64,000 bases of DNA, from contig JACRPR010000072.1 in the NCBI GenBank assembly GCA_016223105.1, positions 7,982 to 71,981 on the forward strand. Reading direction: 5' to 3'. Shown here in pieces: positions 1-7,542 of the stretch. The stretch is from Chloroflexota bacterium (GTDB lineage: Bacteria; Chloroflexota; Anaerolineae; UBA4142). The translations under genes and the position numbers were made by a program. Each line of letters begins with the position of its first letter. The stretch's first letter is position 1. The notes below the pieces were generated by a model. It did no database searches, had not been told where the DNA came from, and saw only the letters and a list, made by a program, of their open reading frames with translations.

Positions 1-16
1 GTCCTCATTCAAACGC

Positions 17-46
17 GCGACAAGGAAATCCTTGTCACGTTTTTTA
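17..46 (+). terminator. Terminator-like hairpin followed by a T-run, for a + strand gene ending upstream of the window
   Basis: GCGACAAGG-aaat-CCTTGTCAC followed by GTTTTTTATT. Confidence 0.45.
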
Positions 47-125
47 TTCAGGAATTATTCAGGCGCGCGCCAAATGCAGTGAGACATTTGTCATACAGGA
101 TTGAACACATCTCGGAGATAATCGC

Positions 126-187
126 TTGTAAGGGCGAAGCATTTTTTCGCTCTGCGCGCGGAGCGAAAAAATGCTTCGCCCTTACAA
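126..187. repeat. Perfect 27-bp-stem hairpin element
   Basis: TTGTAAGGGCGAAGCATTTTTTCGCTC (126-152), 8-nt loop, exact reverse complement at 161-187. Confidence 0.8.
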
Positions 188-190
188 ATA

Positions 191-310
191 CCCTCGCCAA
201 AATCTTCCCACGGATTCAAGGGAACACGGATGCTGAATAAAGTCTATGAAAATATCCGTGTTCTTTTGCATCTGTGGGAAAAAATTCATCCGCTCGAAGA
301 TTGGCGAAGG
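191..310 (+). repeat. MITE-like ~120-bp element, family T (copy 1 of 2)
   Basis: CCCTCGCCAAAATCTTCCCACGGATTCAAGGGAACACGGATG...GAAGATTGGCGAAGG. Closely similar to 9249-9373. Ends are inverted repeats and there is an internal GGAACACGGAT/ATCCGTGTTC hairpin. Confidence 0.75.
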
Positions 311-584
311 TATTGCCTTACGTGAATGTTATGAAAAAAAATTTTTCCGAACCGCGCACACCGCCGCCCGAAATTCCGGCGGATGAAAATAATTCAGATG
401 AACCACTCGAAATTATTTTTGCAGAAGAACTTTCACACGATTCCGCGGAGCAAGATACTGTGACGAAGCAGACATCATCCGTGCCGAGTGCGGACTCCGC
501 GCCCCAAGGAGGTGACCATCCCACACAGTAACTCGGCAATTGCGTATTCAAAAAAATTTCCATTTGATCACTCTGGAGGCAGAA

Positions 585-2573
585 ATGAAACAGTTAGCGA
601 TCGCGGTGCTTGCGCTCGCGACAATCCTGATGGTGGCATGCGGTGGTCAAGGCGCGGCGACGCCAGCCGCGACTGGTTTGACTTCGGACGCGGCGGCAGT
701 CGCGAAAGAACGCGAATTGAACGCGGATGATATTTATGCCGCGCTCAAAACGTTTACGCCATCCGGCAAACTCGATCCGTACATCATGTTTTCGTCCGGC
801 GGGCAATCGGGGCAGGTGCTGATTATCGGCGTGCCCTCGATGCGAATTCTCAAAGTGCTTGCCGTGTTCACGCCCGAATCCTGGCAAGGGTACGGCTTTG
901 GCGGCGGCGGCGAACAAGTTCTCGCCGGCGGATTTATGCCGAACAAGAAACCGATTCTCTGGGGCGACACACATCACCCCGGCTTGTCCGAAACCGCGGG
1001 CGAGTACGATGGTCAATTCCTTTTCATCAACGACAAAGCGAACGCGCGCGTCGCGGTAATTGACTTGCGCGATTTCAAAACGAAACAGATCATCAAAGCG
1101 CCGAACGCGATCAACGATCACGGTGGCGCGTTCGTTACGCCCAACACCGAGTACGTGATCGTCGGTCCGCAGTACGCCGCGCCGATCGGGTACGAGTACG
1201 CGCCGCTCGAACAGTACAAGGAAAAATATCGCGGCATTATCACGTTTTGGAAATTTGATCGCTCGAAGGGACGCATCGATCCCGCGCAATCGTTCCAGAT
1301 CGAATTGCCGCCGTACTGGCAAGACTTGTGCGACGCCGGTAAAAAAGTGAGCGACGGCTGGGTGTTCTGCAATTCGTTCAACACCGAAATGGCAACTGGC
1401 GGCGTCGAACTCGGCAATCCGCCGTTCGAAGCCGGCACGACCAAGAACGACACCGATTATCTCCACGTCTTCAATTGGAAAAAAGCGGAAGAGTTGTTCA
1501 AGGGCGGCAAAGCGGAAAAGATCAACGGAATGTCCGTGATTCGTTTAAAGACCGCGGCGGATGAAGGCGTGTTGCACTTTGTGCCAGAACCGAAATCCCC
1601 GCACGGCGCGGATGTTACGCCCGGCGGTGAGTTCGTCGTCGTCGGTGGTAAACTCGATCCGCACGTTACGATTTACTCGTTCGAAAAAATTCAGAACGCG
1701 ATCAAAGCCGGTGGATTGAGCAAGGATGCGTTCGGCGTGCCGGTGATTCCGCTCGACAAAGCGATGGAAGCGCAAGTCGAACTCGGCTTGGGACCTCTGC
1801 ACACAGTGTACGATGACAAGGGTTACGCGTACACATCCATGTTCCTCGATTCCGCCGTCGCGCGTTGGACGCTCGGTGGACCGTACGCGAGCAAACATCC
1901 CGAACCAGGTTGGAAACTCGTTCAGAAATTGCCGGTGCATTACAACATCGGGCACATCGCCGCCGCCGAAGGCGACACCGCGTCGCCCGATGGGCAGTTC
2001 GTCGTCGCGCTCAACAAGTGGAGCATTGATCGGTTCGCGAACATCGGACCCTTGCTCCCGCAAAATTTCCAACTCGTGGACATTACCAAGACCGGCGAAT
2101 CAATGAAATTGTTGTACGATATGCCGATTGGGATGGCGGAACCGCATTACGCGCAAATTATGAAAGCGGATAAACTAAAACCGTTCGAAGTGTATCCGCA
2201 GATCGGTTGGGATCCCGCGACGATGGCGGTGGATCCAAAATCAATCACGACCGAAAAAGAAGCGCGCGTCGAACGCAAAGGCAACAACGTCGAAATCTGG
2301 ATGTCGGTTGTGCGCTCGCACTTTTCGCCGGAACGCATCACGATCAAAAAAGGCGACAAGGTCACCTGGCACTTTACATCGCTCGAACGCCAGCGCGACG
2401 CGACGCACGGGTTTACGCTTTCCGGTTACAACATCAATCTTTCGCTCGAACCGGGAATGACGGAAACCATCGAGTTCGTCGCTGATCAAGCCGGCACGTA
2501 CACGTACTATTGCACCGAGTTCTGCTCGGCGTTGCACTTGGAGATGGTGGGCTATCTCTTGATCGAGCCCTAG
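585..2573 (+). CDS. nosZ: Nitrous-oxide reductase NosZ, Sec/lipoprotein-signal (clade II-like) type
   Basis: ORF 540..2573; ATG 585 preferred (GGAGG at 574-578). N-terminus MKQLAIAVLALATILMVAC is a signal peptide with a lipobox and no twin-Arg. WGDTHHP motif present. C-terminal CuA motif CTEFCSALHLEM (C-x2-FC-x3-H-x-EM). Confidence 0.92.
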   Translation: MKQLAIAVLALATILMVACGGQGAATPAATGLTSDAAAVAKERELNADDIYAALKTFTPSGKLDPYIMFSSGGQSGQVLIIGVPSMRILKVLAVFTPESWQGYGFGGGGEQVLAGGFMPNKKPILWGDTHHPGLSETAGEYDGQFLFINDKANARVAVIDLRDFKTKQIIKAPNAINDHGGAFVTPNTEYVIVGPQYAAPIGYEYAPLEQYKEKYRGIITFWKFDRSKGRIDPAQSFQIELPPYWQDLCDAGKKVSDGWVFCNSFNTEMATGGVELGNPPFEAGTTKNDTDYLHVFNWKKAEELFKGGKAEKINGMSVIRLKTAADEGVLHFVPEPKSPHGADVTPGGEFVVVGGKLDPHVTIYSFEKIQNAIKAGGLSKDAFGVPVIPLDKAMEAQVELGLGPLHTVYDDKGYAYTSMFLDSAVARWTLGGPYASKHPEPGWKLVQKLPVHYNIGHIAAAEGDTASPDGQFVVALNKWSIDRFANIGPLLPQNFQLVDITKTGESMKLLYDMPIGMAEPHYAQIMKADKLKPFEVYPQIGWDPATMAVDPKSITTEKEARVERKGNNVEIWMSVVRSHFSPERITIKKGDKVTWHFTSLERQRDATHGFTLSGYNINLSLEPGMTETIEFVADQAGTYTYYCTEFCSALHLEMVGYLLIEP

Positions 2574-2660
2574 GTCAGTAAACAGCAAGCAGTAAACAGT
2601 AAACAGTGATCAGTCGCGCGTTGACTGTTCACTGTTTACTGACCACTGATCACTGGTGAT
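2574..2660. repeat. Word-repeat hairpin (CAGTAAA/CAGTGAT words) between nosZ and the next gene
   Basis: CAGTAAACAGTGATCAGTC / GACTGTTCACTGTTTACTG, a 19-bp stem with 1 mismatch, flanked by further word copies. Confidence 0.75.
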
Positions 2661-2663
2661 ACG

Positions 2664-3344
2664 ATGAAATTTTCTCTTAACTTTGATTCCGACGTTCAAG
2701 TTCTTTTGCCGGATGGAAGCAAACGTTCGCTCATGTCCTTTCTGATTCCGAACGCGCTGTTGATGTTTGCCGCGCTCGTGTTGATGGTTTCGATGATGTT
2801 GCCGTACTGGAGTATGTCGCTCAAAGCACCGCAATACCCCAAAGGGCTCAAGGTCAACGTCTACGTCAATCATCTCGAAGGCGATGTGCGCGAGATTGAT
2901 TCGCTCAATCATTATTTGGGTATGCCGCCGCTTGATGAAGGCGGACGCTTTGAACGCTCGATCTCCATCGTCGCGATCGCGACCCTGGGTTTACTTTTGC
3001 TCGCCGGTGTGTTTGTGCATAATCAATTCGCGGCTCTGCTCGCCTTGCCCGCGCTCGGCTACCCCTTGATTTTTCTCGCGGACTTGTGGTACATTCTGTA
3101 CCAGTACGGGCACAGCATTGATCCCAAGTCTGCGCTCGGCGGCGCGATCAAACCATTCACGCCGCCGGTTTTTGGCGAAGGCAAAATCGGTCAGTTCGGC
3201 ACATTTGCCGCCCCTGAAATCGGTTTATACCTCGCGATTTTTTCCGCGCTGATCGTCCTCGCCGGCTTGTGGTTTCATCGCGCCGCGTACAAACCTCTTG
3301 TGGATGCGCGCAAACGCGTTCACGCTAGCAAGGCAACTGCATGA
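2664..3344 (+). CDS. Integral membrane protein in the nosB position (NosB-like)
   Basis: 226 aa, about 4 predicted TM helices with a periplasmic loop. Sits directly downstream of nosZ. Its stop overlaps the nosD start (ATGA at 3341-3344). The assignment rests on gene position in clade II nos clusters, not on a recognised motif. Confidence 0.45.
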   Translation: MKFSLNFDSDVQVLLPDGSKRSLMSFLIPNALLMFAALVLMVSMMLPYWSMSLKAPQYPKGLKVNVYVNHLEGDVREIDSLNHYLGMPPLDEGGRFERSISIVAIATLGLLLLAGVFVHNQFAALLALPALGYPLIFLADLWYILYQYGHSIDPKSALGGAIKPFTPPVFGEGKIGQFGTFAAPEIGLYLAIFSALIVLAGLWFHRAAYKPLVDARKRVHASKATA

Positions 3345-5650
3345 AATTGCGAATCGCGATCCTGGTTTTTAGCGCGCTCGCGTTGATCTCGATCAGCCGC
3401 GCGCACGCGCAAACCGCGAACCTCTCGCACGCGCCCGCGCTCGTCGTCTCGCCGACCGGTCCCTTCACCACGATTCAATCTGCGCTCGATGCCGCGCGCC
3501 CGGGCGATCACATTCGCGTCGAGCGCGGCGTGTACGCCGGTCCGATTATCGTCACCAAATCAGTTACGCTCGAAGGCGAGAATTTTCCGGTGATTGACAA
3601 CGGCGGCGATGGCACGGTCGTTACGCTCGACGCACCCGGCGCGATTTTGCGCGGCTTTGAATTGCGCGGCAGTGGCGTCGAACCGGATCGCGATCACTCC
3701 GGCATCGCAGTCAACGCGTCGCGCGTGATCGTCGAAAACAATCGCTTGCGCGAAGTATTGTTCGGAATTTTTGTCGCGAAGGCGAGTGATGTAATCGTGC
3801 GCGGGAACGATATTTCAAGCAAATCCGAGTACGACACCGGACGCCAGGGCGACGCGATTCGCTTGTGGTACAGCCCGCGCGCCGTCGTCGAAAATAATTA
3901 CGTGCATCACGCGCGCGATCTGATCGCGTGGTACGCGTCCGATGTGATCATTCGCAATAATCGCGTCGAGCATAGCCGCTACGGCGTGCATCTGATGTAC
4001 TGCGACCATGCGGTGATCGAACACAATCGCATCTTCGATAATTCGGTCGGCATTTACACAATGTACTCGAACGATATTCTTTTGCGCGAAAATTTTATTC
4101 GCGGCACGCGCGGACCGAGCGGTTACGCGCTCGGCTTCAAAGACGCGGACAATGTGCGCGCGACGAACAATGTGCTCGTGGACAATCGCGGCGGATTTTT
4201 TCTCGACAACACGCCGGTTACGCCGCAAGGCGAAGGATTGTTTCGCGACAACATTCTCGCGTTCAACGATGTCGGCGCGATTTTGATGCCGGCGGTGCGC
4301 GGCGCGAATTTTGAACACAACACCTTTTGGGAAAATGTCGAGCAGGTCGCGATTCAAGGAAGCGGCAAACTTGTCGGCAATCACTGGAACGAAAATTTTT
4401 GGAGCGATTATGCGGGCTACGACGCGAACGGTGACGGGCAAGGCGACCTGGCTTATCGGTCGGATCGTTTCTTTGAAGGAATGGCGGATCGCATCCCGAC
4501 ATTGCGCGCGCTGATTTACAGTCCGGTCGCGCAAGCGATTGAATTTGCCGGCTCCGCGTTCCCGATTGTGAAACCACAACCGAAAATGAGCGATCCAAAA
4601 CCGGCGATGCAAGCCGCGCCGATTCCTGGTTTTGCCTTGCCGACGCGCGATGGCGCGGGCGCGATGACCGGCGCGGCAATCGCGTTGTTATTGTTCGGCA
4701 TTGTGTCCGGCGCGTTTTCTGTCATTGCGAGCAAAGCGAAGCAATCCCCAACCGAGACCCGAAGGGTTTTCGGAAACCCTTCGGGTCTGTCCGCGTCCGT
4801 GCGCGTGGAAAATTTTTCCAAGCAGTACGGCAAGGTGCGCGCGATTGAAAACGTTTCGTTCGACGCGCGACCGGGCGAAGCATTGGCATTGTGGGGCGCA
4901 AACGGCGCGGGCAAAACAACTTTGCTCAAAGCAATCCTGGGATTGATTGATTATCGCGGCAAAATTCTGGTCGCCGATTTCGACGCGGCGCGCGCGGGAA
5001 AACAAGCGCGCGCGAACATCGGTTACGTGCCACAAGAAGCGACGTTCTACGATCTCAACGTACAAGCAACGCTCGAATTTTACGCGCGCCTCAAAAAAGC
5101 GGATCCCGCGCGCGTCCCGGTTTTGCTCGAACGCGTCGGACTCGCGGAACATGCGCGCAAACCGGTGCCCGCGTTATCGGGTGGACTCAAGCAACGACTC
5201 GCGCTCGCGGTCGCGCTGTTGAGCGATCCGCCGATTTTACTGCTCGACGAGCCGACCGCGAATCTCGACACACGCGCGCGGCGCGATTATCTCGCGCTCT
5301 TGTCCGCGTTGCATCACGAAGGCAAGACGTTGATCTTTGCGTCGCATCGCATCGAAGAAGTCGAAACGCTCGCGGATCGCGTGTTGATGATCGAAGCCGC
5401 GCAACTCGCCGAGATCATAACGCCGGAAGAATTGCGCGCGCGCCTCGCGACCGAAATCGAAATGACATTGTGGGTTGACGACGCGCAACGCGTCGCCGCG
5501 CGCGATTGTCTCGCGAATGCCGGGTTCGATCCGCGCGTCAACGGGCGCGGCACGGTGATTGTGCGCGTGCGCGCGGAACAAAAAATGCGCGCGTTCGATC
5601 TGCTGAATGAGTGCGGGGTCACGATCAAGAATTTCGAGATCGAGAATTAG
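3341..5650 (+). CDS. nosD-nosF: NosD::NosF fusion: periplasmic beta-helix Cu-maturation protein, TM helix, then ABC ATPase
   Basis: A single 769-codon frame. Signal peptide MKLRIAILVFSALALISISRAHA and a NosD-like repetitive beta-helix body. TM segment MTGAAIALLLFGIVSGAFSVIA. NosF-like ATPase with Walker A GANGAGKT, signature LSGGLKQR and Walker B LLLDEP. Confidence 0.85.
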   Translation: MKLRIAILVFSALALISISRAHAQTANLSHAPALVVSPTGPFTTIQSALDAARPGDHIRVERGVYAGPIIVTKSVTLEGENFPVIDNGGDGTVVTLDAPGAILRGFELRGSGVEPDRDHSGIAVNASRVIVENNRLREVLFGIFVAKASDVIVRGNDISSKSEYDTGRQGDAIRLWYSPRAVVENNYVHHARDLIAWYASDVIIRNNRVEHSRYGVHLMYCDHAVIEHNRIFDNSVGIYTMYSNDILLRENFIRGTRGPSGYALGFKDADNVRATNNVLVDNRGGFFLDNTPVTPQGEGLFRDNILAFNDVGAILMPAVRGANFEHNTFWENVEQVAIQGSGKLVGNHWNENFWSDYAGYDANGDGQGDLAYRSDRFFEGMADRIPTLRALIYSPVAQAIEFAGSAFPIVKPQPKMSDPKPAMQAAPIPGFALPTRDGAGAMTGAAIALLLFGIVSGAFSVIASKAKQSPTETRRVFGNPSGLSASVRVENFSKQYGKVRAIENVSFDARPGEALALWGANGAGKTTLLKAILGLIDYRGKILVADFDAARAGKQARANIGYVPQEATFYDLNVQATLEFYARLKKADPARVPVLLERVGLAEHARKPVPALSGGLKQRLALAVALLSDPPILLLDEPTANLDTRARRDYLALLSALHHEGKTLIFASHRIEEVETLADRVLMIEAAQLAEIITPEELRARLATEIEMTLWVDDAQRVAARDCLANAGFDPRVNGRGTVIVRVRAEQKMRAFDLLNECGVTIKNFEIEN
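4721..4749 (+). repeat. Family C half-element (GTCATTGCGAGCAAAGCGAAGCAATCCCC) inside the nosD::nosF linker
   Basis: Same motif as the left arm of the 79-bp element at 19355-19433. Translated here as VIASKAKQSP. Confidence 0.7.
4755..4788. repeat. Palindrome family P copy (AGACCCGAAGGGTTT-tcgg-AAACCCTTCGGGTCT), in frame in the nosD::nosF linker
   Basis: 15-bp perfect arms with a 4-nt loop. Translated as ETRRVFGNPSGL. Confidence 0.85.
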
Positions 5651-5727
5651 GGGTTGGAAGTTGGAAGTTGGAAATTAGAGATTGGATTGTCGCGCGAGGC
5701 GCATCCAGCATCCAACGTCCAACTTCA
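5651..5727. repeat. Word-repeat hairpin (GGAAGTT/GGATTGT words) between nosDF and nosY
   Basis: GGTTGGAAGTTGGAAGTTGGAAATTAGAGATTGGAT ... ATCCAGCATCCAACGTCCAACTTC. Confidence 0.7.
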
Positions 5728-5737
5728 AGGAATTACA

Positions 5738-6565
5738 ATGGAATGGCAACTCACCTGGACAATCGCGCAACGCGAATTGCGCGAGGCGTTGAAAAATAAA
5801 TGGTTGTGGTTTTACGCACTCGCGTTCGCGGGACTCGCGCTCGCGTTGTCGCAAGCCGGCGTGGCGTCGGCGGGGTACGCGGGCTTGGGCGGATTCGGGC
5901 GCACGGCGGCGAGTTTGATCAACGCGTTGTTGTTGTTCGTGCCGTTGATGGGCTTGAGCGTCGGCGCGGGCGCGCTCGCGGGAGATCGCGAACGCGGCAC
6001 CTTGTTGTACTTGCTCGCGCAACCGGTGAATCGCGCGGAAATTTTTTTCGGCAAAGCGCTCGGCGCGATGCTCGCGCTCTTCGCCGCGCTCGGGCTGGGA
6101 TTTGGATTCGCGGGGCTGGGTCTCGCATCGTCCGGCGATGGCAACGCGTTCGCGTATTTATCGCTCGCCGGCTATTCGCTTCTGCTCGCGCTCGTGTCAC
6201 TCGGACTCGGTTTCATCATCAGCGCGCTCACGCGCAAAGGCGCGACCGCGGCGGGCGCGGCATTGATCGCGTGGCTCGTCCTGGTTTTCTTTGGCGACCT
6301 CGGCGTGATGGGCGCGGCAGTTTCGTTTCGTCCGACCGCCAGCGCGTTGCTCGCGGTGATGCTCGTCAATCCCTTACAAGTATTCAAACTCGCGGCGATC
6401 TACAATTTGCGCGCGACGCTCGACACACTTGGCTCGGTGGGGCAATACGCGGATTATGAATTCGGCGCGGCGTTGCCGTTTATCTTGTTCGGTTTGCTCG
6501 CGACCTGGATCATCGCGAGTTTCGGCATCGCGTTCGCACTCTTCAATCGGCGCGGCGACCTATGA
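5738..6565 (+). CDS. nosY: NosY, ABC-2-type permease of the NosDFY complex
   Basis: ATG 5738 (AAGGA at 5727-5731); the longer 5654 start lies within the repeat hairpin. Polytopic membrane protein, MEWQLTWTIAQRELREALKNKW..., positioned after nosF. Confidence 0.8.
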   Translation: MEWQLTWTIAQRELREALKNKWLWFYALAFAGLALALSQAGVASAGYAGLGGFGRTAASLINALLLFVPLMGLSVGAGALAGDRERGTLLYLLAQPVNRAEIFFGKALGAMLALFAALGLGFGFAGLGLASSGDGNAFAYLSLAGYSLLLALVSLGLGFIISALTRKGATAAGAALIAWLVLVFFGDLGVMGAAVSFRPTASALLAVMLVNPLQVFKLAAIYNLRATLDTLGSVGQYADYEFGAALPFILFGLLATWIIASFGIAFALFNRRGDL

Positions 6566-7053
6566 GAAAATCCCAATTACCAATTACCAATTACCAATTA
6601 CTCCTGGGTTTGAGTTTGCTGATTGCGCTATTCCTGAGCGCGTGCGCGCAACCAACCGGCGAGCCGAAACCGCCGGACATTGTGTACAATCGCGATATGT
6701 GCGAAGCGTGCGGAATGATTATCAGCGATGCGCGCTTTGCCGCCGCGACGTTGACGACAGACGGACGATCGCTCAAGTTCGATGACGCGGGCGAAATGTT
6801 CGGTTATCACGCGCGCAATTCCCAGGTTCAAGTGCGCGCGTGGTTCGTCCACGATTACGATTCGCAAAAATGGATCAATGGCAAGGACGCGTTTTACGTG
6901 ATCGCGCGCGACATCAAATCGCCGATGGGCACCGGCGTCGCGACATTCGCAGAGCGCGCGAACGCGGAAACTTTGGCGAAACGCTTCAACGTCAATGTGT
7001 TGACCTTCGATCAAGCTTTCACGGCAATCAAGGAGGGCAAATCGGGAATGTAA
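6562..7053 (+). CDS. nosL: NosL copper-chaperone lipoprotein
   Basis: Start overlaps the nosY stop (ATGA). Lipobox LSAC. DMCEACGMII metal-binding motif typical of NosL. Confidence 0.85.
   Translation: MRKSQLPITNYQLLLGLSLLIALFLSACAQPTGEPKPPDIVYNRDMCEACGMIISDARFAAATLTTDGRSLKFDDAGEMFGYHARNSQVQVRAWFVHDYDSQKWINGKDAFYVIARDIKSPMGTGVATFAERANAETLAKRFNVNVLTFDQAFTAIKEGKSGM
6574..6601 (+). repeat. Tandem heptamer (CAATTAC)x4 inside the nosL 5' end
   Basis: Four exact 7-nt units, translated as PITNYQLL in the signal-peptide n-region. Related word runs at 33557-33611 and 48075-48102. Confidence 0.9.
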
Positions 7054-7104
7054 TCAGGTTGCATCGGACACCAATCACACATATAATTTATTTCGGAGGA
7101 AAAA

Positions 7105-7491
7105 ATGAAACTGCGAATGGTCTTACTCTTTTGCGTCATCGCGTTGGGCTTGACGATTGCCGCGTGCGGCGGTGGCGCGGGCGGCGCGCAACCCGCCGGC
7201 GACCGGAAGGGCGACGCGACGAAAGGCAAAACCAAGTTCGATGGAACGTGCGTCTCCTGCCACGGACCGGATGCCAAGGGCTTGCCCGGTCTCGGCAAGG
7301 ATATGACAACGAGCGCGTTCATCAAAGGTCAAACCGATCAGCAATTAGTTGATTTCGTCAAAAAGGGACGCACCGCAAATGATCCGGCGAACACGACCAA
7401 AGTGGATATGCCGGCAAAGGGCGGCAATCCCGCATTGACCGATTCAGATTTGTTCGATGTCATTGCGTACGTTCGAACGTTGATGAAGTAA
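7105..7491 (+). CDS. Monohaem c-type cytochrome lipoprotein, candidate electron donor to NosZ
   Basis: GGAGG RBS. Lipobox LTIAAC. A single CVSCH haem-binding motif. Distal Met candidate in VDMPAKG. Confidence 0.8.
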   Translation: MKLRMVLLFCVIALGLTIAACGGGAGGAQPAGDRKGDATKGKTKFDGTCVSCHGPDAKGLPGLGKDMTTSAFIKGQTDQQLVDFVKKGRTANDPANTTKVDMPAKGGNPALTDSDLFDVIAYVRTLMK

Positions 7492-7496
7492 GAACA

Positions 7497-7542
7497 AGAC
7501 CCGAAGGGTTCGCTTTGCGAAACCGCTTCGGGTCTCTTTTTT
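7497..7542. terminator. Family P palindrome (degenerate copy) acting as a convergent-gene terminator
   Basis: AGACCCGAAGGGTT-cgctttgcga-AACCGCTTCGGGTCT followed by CTTTTTTATTT. Lies between the cytochrome c stop (7491) and the stop of the minus-strand gene (7541). Confidence 0.7.

Noticed and set aside
274-531. 85-aa ORF (or a 66-aa version from ATG 331) upstream of nosZ
   Set aside because: The longer start lies inside the family T repeat. There is no Shine-Dalgarno sequence before either start, and the product is acidic, low-complexity and without motifs. It might be real, but the sequence alone does not support it.
594-1466. 290-aa ORF antisense to nosZ
   Set aside because: Arg/Ala-rich translation typical of a shadow frame in GC-rich DNA. 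It lies wholly inside a gene with strong NosZ motifs and has no RBS or recognisable domain.
5800-6459. 219-aa + strand ORF overlapping nosY in another frame
   Set aside because: An Arg/Gly-rich shadow frame. The nosY frame gives a coherent polytopic permease.
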